Shown: piece by piece, positions 51,294 to 60,340 of the stretch
How the letters are laid out: every line of letters begins with the position of its first letter
Position numbering within the stretch: the stretch's first letter is position 1
Source of the DNA: Betaproteobacteria bacterium
GTDB taxonomy: Bacteria; Pseudomonadota; Gammaproteobacteria; Burkholderiales; Casimicrobiaceae
DNA: 64,000 nucleotides
Direction: 5' to 3'
Assembly (NCBI GenBank): GCA_016861105.1
Contig: BOKS01000017.1
Coordinates: 10,433 to 74,432 of the forward strand
Position numbers and translations under genes: made by a program
The notes under the pieces: generated by a model
Told to the model about the DNA's origin: nothing
Seen by the model: only the letters and a program-made list of their open reading frames with translations
Databases searched by the model: none

Positions 51294-52814
51294 ATGTGCG
51301 GCATCGTCGGCGTCGTCGCCCACACGCCCGTCAACCAGCTGCTCTACGACGCGCTGCTGCTGCTGCAGCACCGCGGCCAGGACGCCGCGGGCATCGTGAC
51401 CGGCGAGGGCCACGTGTTCCACATGTACAAGGGCCCGGGCATGGTGCAGAGCGTGTTCCGCACCCGCAACATGCGCGACCTCGTGGGGCCGATCGGCATC
51501 GCGCACTGCCGCTATCCGACGGCGGGGAGCGCGTTCTCCGAGCTCGAGTCGCAGCCGTTCTACGTGAACTCGCCGTTCGGCATCACCCTCGGCCACAACG
51601 GCAACCTGACCAACTCGGCCGCACTCAAGCACGAGCTCTGGGAGCAGGACTTCCGCCACGTCAACACCAACAGCGACAGCGAGGTGCTGCTGAACGTCCT
51701 CGCGCTGGAACTGGAGCGGGCGGCGCAGCAGCACCGTCTCGACCCGGACGCGATCTTCCGCGCCGTCGCCGGCGTCCACCGCCGCTGCCGCGGCGCGTAC
51801 GCCGTCGTGGCGCTGATCGCCGGCTACGGCCTGCTCGCGTTCCGCGACCCCTTCGGCATCCGGCCGCTGTGCGTCGGGCACAACGAAGCGCTCGGCGGCA
51901 GCGAGTACCTGGTGGCGTCCGAGTCGGTGGCGGTCGAGGCGCTCGGCTTCCGGCTGCTGCGCGACGTGGAGCCCGGCGAGGCGGTGTTCGTCGACCTCAA
52001 GGGCACGATGCACGCGCGGCAGTGCGCGGCGGCGCCGCGGCTGGTGCCCTGCATCTTCGAGTACGTCTACCTCGCGCGCCCCGACTCCGTGATCGACGGG
52101 ACGTCGGTCTACCAGGCGCGCGTCAACATGGGCGCCGAGCTGGCCGGCAAGATCGGCGCGATCCCGGCGGCGCAGGACGTCGACGTCGTGATCCCGATCC
52201 CGGACTCGAGCCGCCCGTCGGCGCTCGAGCTCGCCAATCGGCTGGGCCGCCCCTACCGCGAGGGCTTCATCAAGAGCCGCTACATCGGGCGGACGTTCAT
52301 CATGCCCGGGCAGGCGATCCGGCGGAAGAGCGTGCGGCAGAAGCTCAATCCGATCGTCTCGGAGTTCGCGGGCAAGGTCGTGCTGCTGGTCGACGACTCG
52401 ATCGTGCGCGGCACGACGTCGCGCGAGATCGTCCAGATGGCGCGGGACGCCGGCGCGCGCAAGGTCTACTTCGCCTCGGCCGCACCGCCGGTGCGCTTCC
52501 CCAACGTGTACGGCATCGACATGCCCACGCCGCGCGAACTCGTCGCCAGCGGGCGCACCGAGGCGGAGATCGGCGCCGAGATCGGCGCCGACCTGCTGGT
52601 CTACCAGGACCTCGATGCGCTGAAGCGCGCCGTGCGCGGCGCCAACCCGCGGCTGTCCGACTTCGAGGCGTCGTGCTTCGACGGGCGCTACGTCACCGGC
52701 GACATCACGCGCGACTACCTGAGCGAACTCGCCGACCACCGCGACGAGCGCCGCGGCGAGGATCCTGACCTGGTGGACGTCGCCGACGGCCGCGGGACGG
52801 CGACGGTGTCCTGA
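51294..52814 (+). CDS. purF: Amidophosphoribosyltransferase
   Basis: MCGIVG, QHRGQD, HNGNL, VDDSIVRGTT, YGIDMP. Confidence 0.98.
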   Translation: MCGIVGVVAHTPVNQLLYDALLLLQHRGQDAAGIVTGEGHVFHMYKGPGMVQSVFRTRNMRDLVGPIGIAHCRYPTAGSAFSELESQPFYVNSPFGITLGHNGNLTNSAALKHELWEQDFRHVNTNSDSEVLLNVLALELERAAQQHRLDPDAIFRAVAGVHRRCRGAYAVVALIAGYGLLAFRDPFGIRPLCVGHNEALGGSEYLVASESVAVEALGFRLLRDVEPGEAVFVDLKGTMHARQCAAAPRLVPCIFEYVYLARPDSVIDGTSVYQARVNMGAELAGKIGAIPAAQDVDVVIPIPDSSRPSALELANRLGRPYREGFIKSRYIGRTFIMPGQAIRRKSVRQKLNPIVSEFAGKVVLLVDDSIVRGTTSREIVQMARDAGARKVYFASAAPPVRFPNVYGIDMPTPRELVASGRTEAEIGAEIGADLLVYQDLDALKRAVRGANPRLSDFEASCFDGRYVTGDITRDYLSELADHRDERRGEDPDLVDVADGRGTATVS

Positions 52815-52879
52815 CGGCGCGCCGTCGCGGAGGATGCGCGCCGCGGGCGCCCGCCGCCGTCAACGCGACCGACGACCCC

Positions 52880-52908
52880 AAGAGAAACGGCGACCCGAGG
52901 GTCGCCGT
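52880..52908 (-). terminator. Hairpin terminator for PEP-CTERM gene (possibly bidirectional)
   Basis: ACGGCGACCC/GGGTCGCCGT stem followed on minus strand by TTCTCTT. Confidence 0.6.
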
Positions 52909-52928
52909 CGCAAGGGAATCCGGACCGC

Positions 52929-53522
52929 TCAGGCGGTGCGGCGGCGGGCCGTGAAGCCGGCGGCGATCAGGCCGACCGCGAGCAGCACCAGCACGTCGGG
53001 CTCGGGCACGAAGCGCGGGATGAACGAGATCTGGCCGGTGTAGGCGCTGTTCTCCTGCTGCGTCCCCGTCACGACCAGCACGTAGCGCCCCGGCGCCAGG
53101 CTGAAGACGACCTCCCAATTGTTCCCGGTGTCGCTGCCGATGAACGCTCCCAGCGGGGCCAGCGCCGCGCAGCCCGATCCCGCGCCGCCCGGGCAGTTCG
53201 ACCCGGTGTCGACGTAGAGCGCACCGGCGAAGTTCGCGATGGCGGTGGTGATGGTGAAGTTCGCCGACGCCGAGCCGAACGCCGCCGGCGCGATGTCGAA
53301 GACCCAGTAATCGGTGAACGCGGCGCCGGGCACCTTCGGGTTGAAGATGTGCTGGAAGGTGCTGAGGTCCGACGTGCCCGCGTTGTGCGCGCCCAGGAAC
53401 GTCGCGGCACTGCCGTCGACGTAGCTGCACGCGTTGCAGATGGTCGCGGCCTGCGTCGTCTGGGCGGCGGCCCCGATGGTCAGGGCGGCGGCGATTCCGA
53501 GCAGCGCTTTCTTGAGGTTCAT
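52929..53522 (-). CDS. PEP-CTERM sorting domain protein (FxDxF-like)
   Basis: Signal peptide MNLKKALL...; FTDYWVF; C-terminal VPEP-TM-RRR; GGAG RBS. Confidence 0.92.
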   Translation of the reverse strand: MNLKKALLGIAAALTIGAAAQTTQAATICNACSYVDGSAATFLGAHNAGTSDLSTFQHIFNPKVPGAAFTDYWVFDIAPAAFGSASANFTITTAIANFAGALYVDTGSNCPGGAGSGCAALAPLGAFIGSDTGNNWEVVFSLAPGRYVLVVTGTQQENSAYTGQISFIPRFVPEPDVLVLLAVGLIAAGFTARRRTA

Positions 53523-53586
53523 CGCATCTCTCCGGTCACTTGCCTCGTCGAGCCGGGCGGCGCCCGGATCGGTTCGGCGCAAGTGA

Positions 53587-53683
53587 TGCAAGCCGTGGGC
53601 CACAAGCAGAAAGTCGATAAAGATCAATTCATTGTGGCCGCCTCGACGGAGCGTCGACCGGCCCGTCGTAAAGCCGCCCGACG
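53587..53683 (-). promoter_or_regulatory. Sigma-54 promoter with IHF-like site and enhancer-like site for the PEP-CTERM gene
   Basis: TGGCccacggcTTGCA (minus, 53587-53602; GG-N10-GC); gATCAAttcaTTG (53622-53634); cGTAAAgccgccCGACg (53667-53683). Confidence 0.65.
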
Positions 53684-53744
53684 TCCCGGGATCCGGTCCT
53701 ACGCGTCACCCCTCCGCGCCGCCGCGCCGGCCGGGCGCGGTCCC

Positions 53745-53773
53745 GTGACAGCGCCGCGCCGGGCTGCTAGGAT
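53745..53773 (+). promoter_or_regulatory. Sigma-70-like promoter for riboswitch leader
   Basis: GTGACA-N17-TAGGAT with TG extension; predicted start ~53780 coincides with aptamer 5' end. Confidence 0.6.
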
Positions 53774-53777
53774 ACCG

Positions 53778-53835
53778 CTCGCGCCGATTTGAAGCTTCAG
53801 CTTGCGGGCGCTTGATAAATGCCGCTAAAGCGAGG
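53778..53835 (+). ncRNA. SAM-II riboswitch
   Basis: GCGCC-GATTTGA...CTTGCG-GGCGC-TTGATAAATG..GCTAAA matches SAM-II consensus; upstream of a methionine-pathway PLP enzyme. Confidence 0.82.
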
Positions 53836-53871
53836 TCCGCTCCAGCCCGGGGATTCCGGGCGGGGCACACG

Positions 53872-53904
53872 AAACCCGTCCGGCGCGCGCCCGACGGGTT
53901 TTTT
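53872..53904 (+). terminator. Intrinsic terminator in riboswitch leader
   Basis: AAACCCGTC...GACGGGTTT stem with T6 tail, between aptamer and ATG 53950. Confidence 0.8.
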
Positions 53905-53949
53905 GTCGGCCTCCGCGCGGCGCACCGTCCTCCGTCACGCAGGAACGCC

Positions 53950-55206
53950 ATGAACGCACCGACGTCCCCGCCCCCGGGACTCTCCCGCGGCTTCACGACC
54001 GCGATCCTCCACGGCGACCGCCAGTCGCCCGTCGAGCACGGCGCGCTGCACAAGCCACTGCACGTGTCGGTCGCCTACGGGTACCGGCGTGCCCGCGACC
54101 TCGCCGACGTCTTCCAGGGCCGGCAGGCGGGCTACGCCTACGGCCGGCAGGGCAACCCGACCACGGCGGCGCTGGAGGCCAAGGTCACGGCGATGGAGGA
54201 CGGCGTGGCGAGCGTGTGCTTCGCCACCGGGATGGCCGCGATCGGCGCCGCGCTGCTGGCGCTGCTCCGCGCCGGCGACCACGTCGTCGCCAGCCACTAC
54301 CTGTTCGGCAACACGAACAGCCTGTTCCAGACGCTGGCGGCGCACGGCATGGCGATCAGCTTCGTCGACGCGACCGACGCCGCGGCCGTCGAGCGCGCGC
54401 TGCGCCCGCAGACGCGGCTCGTCTTCGTCGAGACCATCGCGAACCCGCGCACGCAGGTCGCGGACCTCGCCCGGATCGGCGACCTGTGCCGGGTGCGCGG
54501 CGTGCTGTACGTCGTCGACAACACGATGACGTCGCCGTGGCTGTTCCGGCCGCGGAGCGTCGGCGCGGGCCTGGCCGTCAACGCGCTGACGAAGTACGTC
54601 GGCGGGCACGGCAACGCGCTGGCCGGCAGCCTGACCGACACCGGCGCGTTCGACTGGACGCGTTTCGACAACATCCTGCCGAACTACCGCGGCCCCGATC
54701 CGCGGGCCTGGGGCATCACGCAGATCCGCAAGAAGGGGCTGCGCGACCTCGGCGGCACGCTGTCGCCGGAGCAGGCGCACCACATCGCGGTGGGCGCGGA
54801 GACGCTCGCGCTGCGGCTCGCGCGGCAGTGCGCCAACGCGCGCGCGCTCGCAGCGTTCCTCGCCTCGCACCCGCGCGTGCGCGCGGTGCACTACCCTGGC
54901 CTCGCGTCGCACGCCCAGCACGCGATCGCGCGCGAGCTGTTCCGCGACTACGGCGCGCTGCTGTCCTTCGAGCTCGACCCCGCCTGCGACCTGTTCGACG
55001 TCCTCGACCGCCTGCGCGTCACCGTGCTGTCGTCGAACCTCGGCGACAATCGAACGCTCGCGATCCCGGTCGCCCACACGATCTTCCACGAGATGGGCCC
55101 GCAACGCCGCGCCGAGATGGGCATCGCCGACGGGCTGGTGCGCGTGTCCGTCGGGATCGAGGACGAGCCGGACCTGCTGGAGGACTTCGCGCAGGCGCTG
55201 GCATGA
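53950..55206 (+). CDS. Cystathionine gamma-synthase / O-acylhomoserine sulfhydrylase family PLP enzyme
   Basis: YGRQGNPT, FATGMAA, ETIANP, VDNT, ALTKYVGGHG (PLP Lys), NLGD, RVSVGIE. Confidence 0.92.
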   Translation: MNAPTSPPPGLSRGFTTAILHGDRQSPVEHGALHKPLHVSVAYGYRRARDLADVFQGRQAGYAYGRQGNPTTAALEAKVTAMEDGVASVCFATGMAAIGAALLALLRAGDHVVASHYLFGNTNSLFQTLAAHGMAISFVDATDAAAVERALRPQTRLVFVETIANPRTQVADLARIGDLCRVRGVLYVVDNTMTSPWLFRPRSVGAGLAVNALTKYVGGHGNALAGSLTDTGAFDWTRFDNILPNYRGPDPRAWGITQIRKKGLRDLGGTLSPEQAHHIAVGAETLALRLARQCANARALAAFLASHPRVRAVHYPGLASHAQHAIARELFRDYGALLSFELDPACDLFDVLDRLRVTVLSSNLGDNRTLAIPVAHTIFHEMGPQRRAEMGIADGLVRVSVGIEDEPDLLEDFAQALA

Positions 55207-55306
55207 ACCGCGTCGCGACGCGCGCAGCGTCGCGCATCGGCGCCCGTCCGGCGAGCCGCCCGTGGCCGTCGGGCGCCGCGCCGTCCCGGCCTGTCCCCAA
55301 GACGCC

Positions 55307-55403
55307 GGGTCCCCGCCTGCGCGGGGACGACGACGAAGGAAACGCCTCGACGGGCGCGGGGACGACGACGGGACCCGACGGTCGCGCTCGTGCGGGAACG
55401 ACG
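55307..55403. repeat. REP-like cluster (one full, two degenerate units)
   Basis: GGGTCCCCGCCTGCGCGGGGACGACG (55307-55332); GCGGGGACGACG and GCGGGAACGACG remnants near 55356 and 55392. Confidence 0.65.
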
Positions 55404-55468
55404 ACGTCGCCGCGTGGGAGGCCCCGGCGCGGCGGGGAGACGTCCCGCCGGCTCGCGGGCCGCTGCCG

Positions 55469-56224
55469 TCAGTCCGTCCCCCGGTCGCGCGGCCCGATCC
55501 CGGGCACCTCGCGCACGACGGCGCCGGTCGCGTCGACCTGCAGGTAGCGGCCGGCCTCGTACCAGTCGGGCAGCACGATGCGCTCGCACGCCCGGCCGTC
55601 GACGTCGACGTGGTGCGTCGCCGGCCGGTGCGTGTGCCCGTGGATCATCCGCGCGACGCCGAAGCGCCGGAACGCGTCGGCGACCGCCTGCTCGTCGACG
55701 TCGAGGATCGACTCGGGCTTGAGCGCCGTGGCGTCGCGGCTGCGCGCGCGCAGGCCGCGGGCGATGGCGCGCCGCACGAAGCGCGGCAGGCGCAGCAGGC
55801 GCCGCTGCGTGGCCGGATCGCGCATCCGCGCGCGAAAGCGCTGGTAGTCGGCGTCGCCGGTGCAAAGCTCGTCGCCGTGCGACAGCAGCGTCGGCGTGCC
55901 GTGGACGTCCACGACCGTCCGCTCGGGCAGGAACGTCGCGCCGGTCGCCGCCGCGAAACCTTCGCCGAGGAGGAAGTCGCGGTTGCCGTGGGCCACGTGC
56001 ACCGGCACGCCGGCGCGCGTGACGCCGCGGATCGCCTCGGCGACGGCGGCGTCGAAGGGGTCGCGCAACTGGTCGTCGCCGATCCACCAGTCGAACAGGT
56101 CGCCGAGCAGGTAGACGGCCTGCGCTTCGCGCGCCGGCCGCGCGCAGAACACCCGGAACGCGGAGGCGAGCGCCGGGCGCTCCGGCGTCAGGTGCAGGTC
56201 GGAGGCGAAGAGCGTGGGCGGCAT
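55469..56224 (-). CDS. lpxH: UDP-2,3-diacylglucosamine diphosphatase
   Basis: SDLHL, LGDLFD, HGNRDFL, HGD, IHGHTH; next to ppiB. Confidence 0.95.
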   Translation of the reverse strand: MPPTLFASDLHLTPERPALASAFRVFCARPAREAQAVYLLGDLFDWWIGDDQLRDPFDAAVAEAIRGVTRAGVPVHVAHGNRDFLLGEGFAAATGATFLPERTVVDVHGTPTLLSHGDELCTGDADYQRFRARMRDPATQRRLLRLPRFVRRAIARGLRARSRDATALKPESILDVDEQAVADAFRRFGVARMIHGHTHRPATHHVDVDGRACERIVLPDWYEAGRYLQVDATGAVVREVPGIGPRDRGTD

Positions 56225-56300
56225 CGGAACGTCGCGCCCTCGCGCGCGCCGGCTCGCGGCGGACGCTCGTGCGCGTGGGGCGGTCCGCGCGCCGGTCCCC

Positions 56301-56331
56301 GGGGCCTGCGCGCGGCGGGAACAGGCCCTAG
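56301..56331 (-). repeat. Degenerate copy of the CTAG-anchored inverted-repeat element
   Basis: Minus strand CTAGGGCCTGTTC...CAGGCCCC, overlapping the ppiB TAG stop. Confidence 0.55.
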
Positions 56332-56828
56332 CCGACGGCCTCGGCCTTGCGGATCACCACGTCCTCGCGCGGCACGTCCTGGTGGAATCCGCTGCGGCCC
56401 GTGGGCACGCCTGCGATCGCGTCGACGACGTCGCTGCCCTCGACCACCTTGCCGAAGACGCAGTAGCCCCAGCCCTGCGGGCTCGGGCCCTTGTAGTCGA
56501 GGAAGTCGTTGTCGGCGACGTTGATGAAGAACTGCGCGGTTGCCGAGTGCGGCTCGCCGGTGCGCGCCATCGCGACGGTGTACTTGCGGTTCTTGAGGCC
56601 GTTGCCCGCCTCGTTGGCGATCGGCGCGCGCGTCGGCTTCTGCGACATGCCCGGCGCGAAGCCGCCGCCCTGGACCATGAAGCCGGGGATCACGCGGTGG
56701 AAGAGCGTGTCGTCGTAGTGGCCGTCGCGGACGTACTGGAGGAAGTTGGCGACGGTGGCGGGGGCGTTCTCGTCGTCGAGCTCGACGACGATGGCGCCCT
56801 GCGTGGTGTCGAGGCGGACCTTGCTCAT
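56328..56828 (-). CDS. ppiB: Cytoplasmic cyclophilin PPIase
   Basis: [38 protein letters not shown]. Confidence 0.95.
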   Translation of the reverse strand: MSKVRLDTTQGAIVVELDDENAPATVANFLQYVRDGHYDDTLFHRVIPGFMVQGGGFAPGMSQKPTRAPIANEAGNGLKNRKYTVAMARTGEPHSATAQFFINVADNDFLDYKGPSPQGWGYCVFGKVVEGSDVVDAIAGVPTGRSGFHQDVPREDVVIRKAEAVG

Positions 56829-56838
56829 GCGCTTTCCT

Positions 56839-57426
56839 TCACGGCGCGGTCACGACGACCGCGGACTTGATGAGGACGCTCTCCCGCGGAACGTCCTTGG
56901 GGAACGGCCCGCCGGGGCCGGTGGCGGACTTCGCGATCTTCTGCACCACGTCCATGCCGGCGACCACCTTGCCGAACACGGTGTAGCCGATGCCCTGCGG
57001 GTCCGGCGAGCGGAAGTTGAGGAACTTGTTGTCGGCGACGTTGATGAAGAATTGAGCGGTCGCGGAGTTCGGATCCGGCGTGCGCGCCATCGCGATCGTG
57101 CCGGGGACGTTGAACAGGCCGGCCTTGCTGGCGGCCTCGGCTTCGTTGGCCACCGGCGGCCGCGTGGGCTTCTGGCGGAAGTCGGTCGTGAACCCGCCCC
57201 CCTGGATCATGAAGCCGTCGATCACGCGGTGGAACGTCGTGCCGTCGTAATGCCTGGCCTTCACGTAGTCGAGGAAGTTCGCGACGGTCTTGGGCGCGGC
57301 CTCCGGGTAGAGCTCCAGCCGGATCCGGCCGGCGCTGGTGTCGAGCTCGACCTGCGGGTTGGCGGCGAGCGCGCTCGCGCACAGCCCGAGGGCGAGCGCG
57401 GCGGCGGCGAGGAGGCGGGCGGGCAT
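56839..57426 (-). CDS. ppiA: Periplasmic cyclophilin PPIase
   Basis: Signal peptide; [27 protein letters not shown]. Confidence 0.92.
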   Translation of the reverse strand: MPARLLAAAALALGLCASALAANPQVELDTSAGRIRLELYPEAAPKTVANFLDYVKARHYDGTTFHRVIDGFMIQGGGFTTDFRQKPTRPPVANEAEAASKAGLFNVPGTIAMARTPDPNSATAQFFINVADNKFLNFRSPDPQGIGYTVFGKVVAGMDVVQKIAKSATGPGGPFPKDVPRESVLIKSAVVVTAP

Positions 57427-57449
57427 GACGATCTCCTTGGAGGGGGCGG

Positions 57450-58043
57450 TCAGCGGGGCGCGGCGGTGGCGAGCAGGTCGCGGACCTGCTTCAGCTTCTG
57501 CGCCGCGCTGCGGTTGCTGCGGTCCAGCGACGCTGCGCGCTCGTACTCGACCGCGGCCAGCCGCGCGTAGACGTCGCCCAGGTTCTCGCGGGCCGTCGCG
57601 TAGTCGGGTGCCGCGGCGAGTGCCAGCTCGAGCTCCGCGCGCGCCATCGCGTAGTTGCCTTGCGCGGCGTACAGGACCGCGAGGTTGTTGCGCGGCTCGG
57701 GCAGCTCCGGGAAGTCGGCGGTGAGCGCGCGCAACGCGGCCGTCGCATCCTGCGTCCGGCCCGCGTCCGCGAGCGCGACGGCCTTCAGGAAGCGCGCCTG
57801 CGCCTCGCGCGGACGCTCGGCCGTCAGTGCGTCCAGCCTCGCGATCGCCTCGTCCCAGCGCTTCGCCTCGATCAGCTCGCGCGCCTGCGCGAGCCCTCGC
57901 GCGTAGTCGCGGCGCGCCTCGCCCGAGTACTCGGGCGGCAGCGGCGGCGCCGGGTCCTCCGCGGGCTGCGCGGCGGCCCACGTGCAGGCGAGCGCGAGAA
58001 CGAGGGCGGCGAGCGGGCGGAGGATCGACGGGACGCGGGCCAT
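57450..58043 (-). CDS. Exported tetratricopeptide repeat protein
   Basis: Signal peptide; PELPEPRNNLAVLYAAQG, ARENLGDVY TPR motifs. Confidence 0.88.
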   Translation of the reverse strand: MARVPSILRPLAALVLALACTWAAAQPAEDPAPPLPPEYSGEARRDYARGLAQARELIEAKRWDEAIARLDALTAERPREAQARFLKAVALADAGRTQDATAALRALTADFPELPEPRNNLAVLYAAQGNYAMARAELELALAAAPDYATARENLGDVYARLAAVEYERAASLDRSNRSAAQKLKQVRDLLATAAPR

Positions 58044-58106
58044 GCTGCGGATGACGGAGGCGAGAGCATTCTAGCAGCCGCGCTCCGCGCGGACCCGTCA
58101 CCGCCC

Positions 58107-58505
58107 TCAGGCGGCGGGCAGCTTCGCGAGCGCGCGCTGCAGTCGCGCCTTGACCTCGGCGGCGATGGGGTCGACGTCCGGCCGCTGCACCAGCGCCATG
58201 ACGGCCTGCGGGTCCATCGCTTCGACGAACGTGCGCCCCGTGGCGTCGTCGCGCACGACGACGTTGCAGGGCAGCAGCGCGCCGATCTGCGGCTCGGCCG
58301 CGAGGGCGCGGCTCGCGAACTGCGGGTTGCACGCGCCGAGGATCACGTACGGCGGCACGTCGAGGCCGAGCTTGCGCTTCAGCGTCGCGGCGACGTCGAT
58401 CTCGCTGAGGATGCCGAAGCCCTCGTCCGCAAGGGCGGCGGTGACGGCGTCCCTGGCGGCCTGGTGCGCGAGGGTGGTGGCGTGGCCGAAGGCGTAGGCG
58501 GTCAT
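58107..58505 (-). CDS. DUF302 domain protein
   Basis: GFGILSEIDV, YVILGACNP, LLPCNVVV. Confidence 0.88.
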   Translation of the reverse strand: MTAYAFGHATTLAHQAARDAVTAALADEGFGILSEIDVAATLKRKLGLDVPPYVILGACNPQFASRALAAEPQIGALLPCNVVVRDDATGRTFVEAMDPQAVMALVQRPDVDPIAAEVKARLQRALAKLPAA

Positions 58506-58594
58506 GGAAGTCTCCCGGGGGACGAGCGCGCAGGATGCCAGGCCGCGGCCGGCGTGTCCGTGCGCTGGGTCACACAGCGCCGGCGGGCGCCGGG

Positions 58595-59425
58595 TCAGGG
58601 CAGCGGCAGCGGCGTTCCCGGCGCGAGATCGAGCGCGAGGGCGTCCCGCAGCAGCGCCGGCCACTCGTCGTCGGCGATGGCACGGGTCACCACGTTGCCG
58701 CCGCCGCGGTCGATCGTGTACTCGCGATCGCGCACGAGGTGGCGGGCCTGCGGCGTGGCGCGCTGCACCGTCAGCGTCCGGACGAAGCGCGACGCCGGGT
58801 GGGTGGAGACGTACCAGTTGGCCATCTCCAGGTCCGCCTGCGCCTGCGGCTCCAGCGTGAACGCGTAGAGGTCGGTCCACGCGTCGCCCTCGGCGATGCG
58901 CAGCACCCACAGCGCGTCCTCGCGGACGAGCCGGTAGCGCCAGGCGGCCTGCGCGAACGTGCGGTCCGCGCGCAGGGGGACCGGCTCCAGCAGCGTCTGC
59001 GCGCCGAAGCCGACGTCGACGACGCAGCGTTCCCCGGGAAGGTCGACGAGCAGCAGGTGGTGGGTGCGCGGCAGAACGCGCGTGGCGCCGTAGCGGACGC
59101 GCGCGCCCAGCGGCGTGACCGCGAACCCGAGCGCGCGCAGCGCCGCGGCGAACAGGCCGTTGTGCTCGAAGCAGTAGCCGCCGCGGCCGCCCCGCACGAG
59201 CTTCGCCACGAGCGCGGGGAGGTCGAGCGCCACGCCGCGTCCCCAGCGCACGTCGAGGTTCTCGAAGGGGATCGCGCCCACGTGCGCCGTGTGCAGGGCG
59301 CGGAGCGCCGCCAGGTCCGCGCGCCCCGGGCGCCCGCAGCCGATGCGGCGCAGGTAGGCATCGAGGTCCGCGGGCGCGAGCGTGCTCACGGGCGGCGTCG
59401 CGTGCGACGGGGTCCCCGCGTGCAC
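58595..59425 (-). CDS. Arylamine N-acetyltransferase
   Basis: [23 protein letters not shown] and DVGFG triad; start uncertain. Confidence 0.92.
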   Translation of the reverse strand: MHAGTPSHATPPVSTLAPADLDAYLRRIGCGRPGRADLAALRALHTAHVGAIPFENLDVRWGRGVALDLPALVAKLVRGGRGGYCFEHNGLFAAALRALGFAVTPLGARVRYGATRVLPRTHHLLLVDLPGERCVVDVGFGAQTLLEPVPLRADRTFAQAAWRYRLVREDALWVLRIAEGDAWTDLYAFTLEPQAQADLEMANWYVSTHPASRFVRTLTVQRATPQARHLVRDREYTIDRGGGNVVTRAIADDEWPALLRDALALDLAPGTPLPLP

Positions 59426-59435
59426 CCGCGGCCGC

Positions 59436-60266
59436 TCACGTGGCGCGCAGCCGCGCGGCCGTGGCCTCGATCAGCCGGCGCGCGATCGACACCGACGGCG
59501 GCAGCGGCGGCATCGCGTCGGCGGGAAACCAGCGCGCCTCGGCGATCTCCTCGTCCTCGCAGCGGATCTCGCCGCCGGCGTATTCCGCCGTGAACGCGAT
59601 CATCAGCGAGTGCGGGAACGACCAGGACTGCGAGGCGAAGTAGGTCAGCCGGCCCACTTCCAGGCCGACTTCCTCGCGCACCTCGCGCACGATGCAGTCC
59701 TCGATCGTCTCGCCCGGCTCGACGAAGCCGGCGAGCGCGCTGTACATGCCCGGCGGGAAGCGATGCGCCCGGGCGAGCAGGATCTCGCGCCCGCGCGTGA
59801 CCAGCGCCATCATCGCCGGCGAGACGCGCGGATACACGACGTAGCCGCAGGCCGGGCACTCCTTCGCGCGTTCGCTCCCCTTGTCGCGCGTCGCCGATCC
59901 GCAGTGGCCGCAGAAGCGGTGCGTGCGCTCGAACTCGACGATCTGGAACGCGCGCGCAGCGATCGCGAGGTGCGCCTCGGGCAGCTTGAAGAACAGGGGA
60001 CGCAGCCCCGACAGCCGCATCCCCGGGGGCTCGGGAGCCTCGCCCGGCAGCGCGAGCGCCACGCAGGGCGTGCCTGCGAGCGTGCCGAGCATCAGCAGCC
60101 GCCCGTCGAGGCCGGCGCGCGTCGCCTCCGCCAGCACGGGGATCGCCGGCGCTTCGTCCGGCCCGACGATCGCGAGCCTCGCGTCCTGGAACGCGAACAC
60201 CAGCGCGTGGGCGGCGAGCACGTCCGGCAGCGCGTGCGCGGCCACGAAGCCCGGCGGCGTGTGCAT
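59436..60266 (-). CDS. nudC: NAD(+) diphosphatase / NAD-RNA decapping Nudix hydrolase
   Basis: CGHCG...CPAC zinc finger, Nudix box [31 protein letters not shown]. Confidence 0.93.
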   Translation of the reverse strand: MHTPPGFVAAHALPDVLAAHALVFAFQDARLAIVGPDEAPAIPVLAEATRAGLDGRLLMLGTLAGTPCVALALPGEAPEPPGMRLSGLRPLFFKLPEAHLAIAARAFQIVEFERTHRFCGHCGSATRDKGSERAKECPACGYVVYPRVSPAMMALVTRGREILLARAHRFPPGMYSALAGFVEPGETIEDCIVREVREEVGLEVGRLTYFASQSWSFPHSLMIAFTAEYAGGEIRCEDEEIAEARWFPADAMPPLPPSVSIARRLIEATAARLRAT

Positions 60267-60340
60267 CGCGCAGCGTGGCGCTCAGGACGCGGGGCCACGC
60301 GGGCGGGCTGCCCGGCCGCGAGCGGTGCGGCGACGCGGCG

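Noticed and set aside
56328-57426. Tandem cyclophilins with shared DNA stretches as a recent duplication
   Set aside because: Standard ppiA/ppiB pair; similarity confined to conserved motifs
59610-59640. NudC signature variant SQSWSFPHS versus SQPWPFPxS
   Set aside because: Minor variant; Nudix box and zinc finger intact
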